A DNA stretch of 33,231 nt. It comes from Octopus bimaculoides. Taxonomy: Eukaryota. The notes beneath the pieces are model-generated. The model searched no databases and was not told where the DNA came from. It saw nothing but the letters and a program-made list of their open reading frames with translations. Below are positions 32,301 through 33,231 of this stretch, one piece after another (position 1 is the first letter of the stretch; the number at the start of each line of letters is the position of its first letter). Position numbers and translations under genes: made by a program. The stretch spans positions 115,971,918 through 116,005,148 of the forward strand of contig NC_068982.1 in NCBI RefSeq assembly GCF_001194135.2. The letters are read 5' to 3'.

Positions 32301-32860
32301 TTTTCTTTCCTAACCGTACTTAACCACGATGCATGCTGGTTGAAATCTCTCTTTTCATTCCAGATTTTAAACAATGATCCAAGACCTTCCTGAGAAGGGA
32401 CTTTCTCCTGGTATAATACTTGTAAATTAGAAGCAAACTAATGGCTTTTACTGGCTCGCTCTGATATTTTTCTCTGATAATGAAGTTTTTCGCTCAGAAT
32501 TCTAAATCCGTGCTTCAAAGCAATTTGCTTACCCCCAAGAGCTTGGCAAGAATAATCGCCATGGAGATTTGTTAATTTATGCATGTTATGTAATTAGTGA
32601 AGTGTTAACTCATTATTCCTCTGCATTATATTGTCGTGATTACTCATCGAATATGACGGCGCAGATTGCTGATATTTTTTTCTTCAAGTTTGTTTTCCGC
32701 TTCGGTAGTTTCTGTTTAGTAATGCCATTACCATTTGCTCTGCAGTTGGTGTCTTAGAAGATTAATAGCAGCTGTGTACAGGGAAGCATTAATTGTCCAG
32801 TAATTAATATCATATGATTCCATGAGCTCTCTAACACATGAAATTACCGATAACTTAACA
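32301..32860 (-). mobile_element. Upstream (pre-RT) part of the same R4/Dong-like LINE copy
   Basis: Minus strand: NYWTINASLYTAA, LEEKNISNLRRHI, LHYQRKISER, KVPSQE..KIWNEKRDFNQHASWLSTVRKE. These resemble the N-terminal ORF region of this clade and are colinear with 30813-31963. Confidence 0.65.
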
Positions 32861-32917
32861 TTTAGTTGTGTGCACATATATATGTACACACACACACACA
32901 CGTACACACACATGCAT

Positions 32918-32950
<33 letters not shown>

Positions 32951-33039
32951 TGTACACATACATATATATTCATATATATGTGTATGTATATGTATATGTG
33001 TGTGTGTTGGGGCTGGCTAGATTAGAGCAATCTCGAGTA

Positions 33040-33195
33040 AAACCAGCCGAAATTGCAAAGATTAATCTGGAACTCGACTGAGGAAAGAAAACTCCGAATG
33101 ACCTCGTCCTTGTTTTCTTTGTATCTTCTGTCTGGATGTTTTGCATTCTTGTCCCGTTTTTGTATTTTTTATATATAAATATATATGGTTAATAA

Positions 33196-33231
<36 letters not shown>
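33040..33231 (+). mobile_element. Possible Penelope-like 3' end followed by (TA)n
   Basis: CTGAGGA..CCGAAT motif followed by a T-rich tract and TA repeat; resemblance only. Confidence 0.3.

Overview
AT-rich eukaryotic non-coding DNA. The SINE families, dense microsatellites and scaffold gaps suggest an octopus/cephalopod genome (inference, not a database result). No intact protein-coding gene is supported; nearly all listed ORFs are microsatellite, N-gap or transposon artefacts. The only clearly intact genes are two near-identical, convergent, intron-containing tRNA-Leu(CAA) genes (16389-16501 +, 18723-18835 -). Two decayed paralogues that still carry intron-homologous sequence (19252-19366 +, 22684-22800 -) make this a small tRNA birth-and-death cluster. 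The rest is layered mobile DNA: two decayed R4/Dong-like LINEs (RT + CCHC + restriction-like endonuclease), one interrupted by a mariner; a CR1/L2/Jockey-group LINE; RTE-like 3' ends; two mariner relics and a DD37D (maT) relic; a pogo/Tigger-like MITE; a Helentron-like non-autonomous element; and Penelope-like ends. One Penelope-like end has ~190-bp inverted pseudo-LTRs around a GIY-YIG C-terminal remnant and a hammerhead-like core. At least four tRNA-derived SINE families are present, including a four-copy head-to-tail array joined by (TAA)n between the two tRNA genes. All family assignments come from manual translation and motif recognition, not searches. No convincingly new multi-gene system was found.
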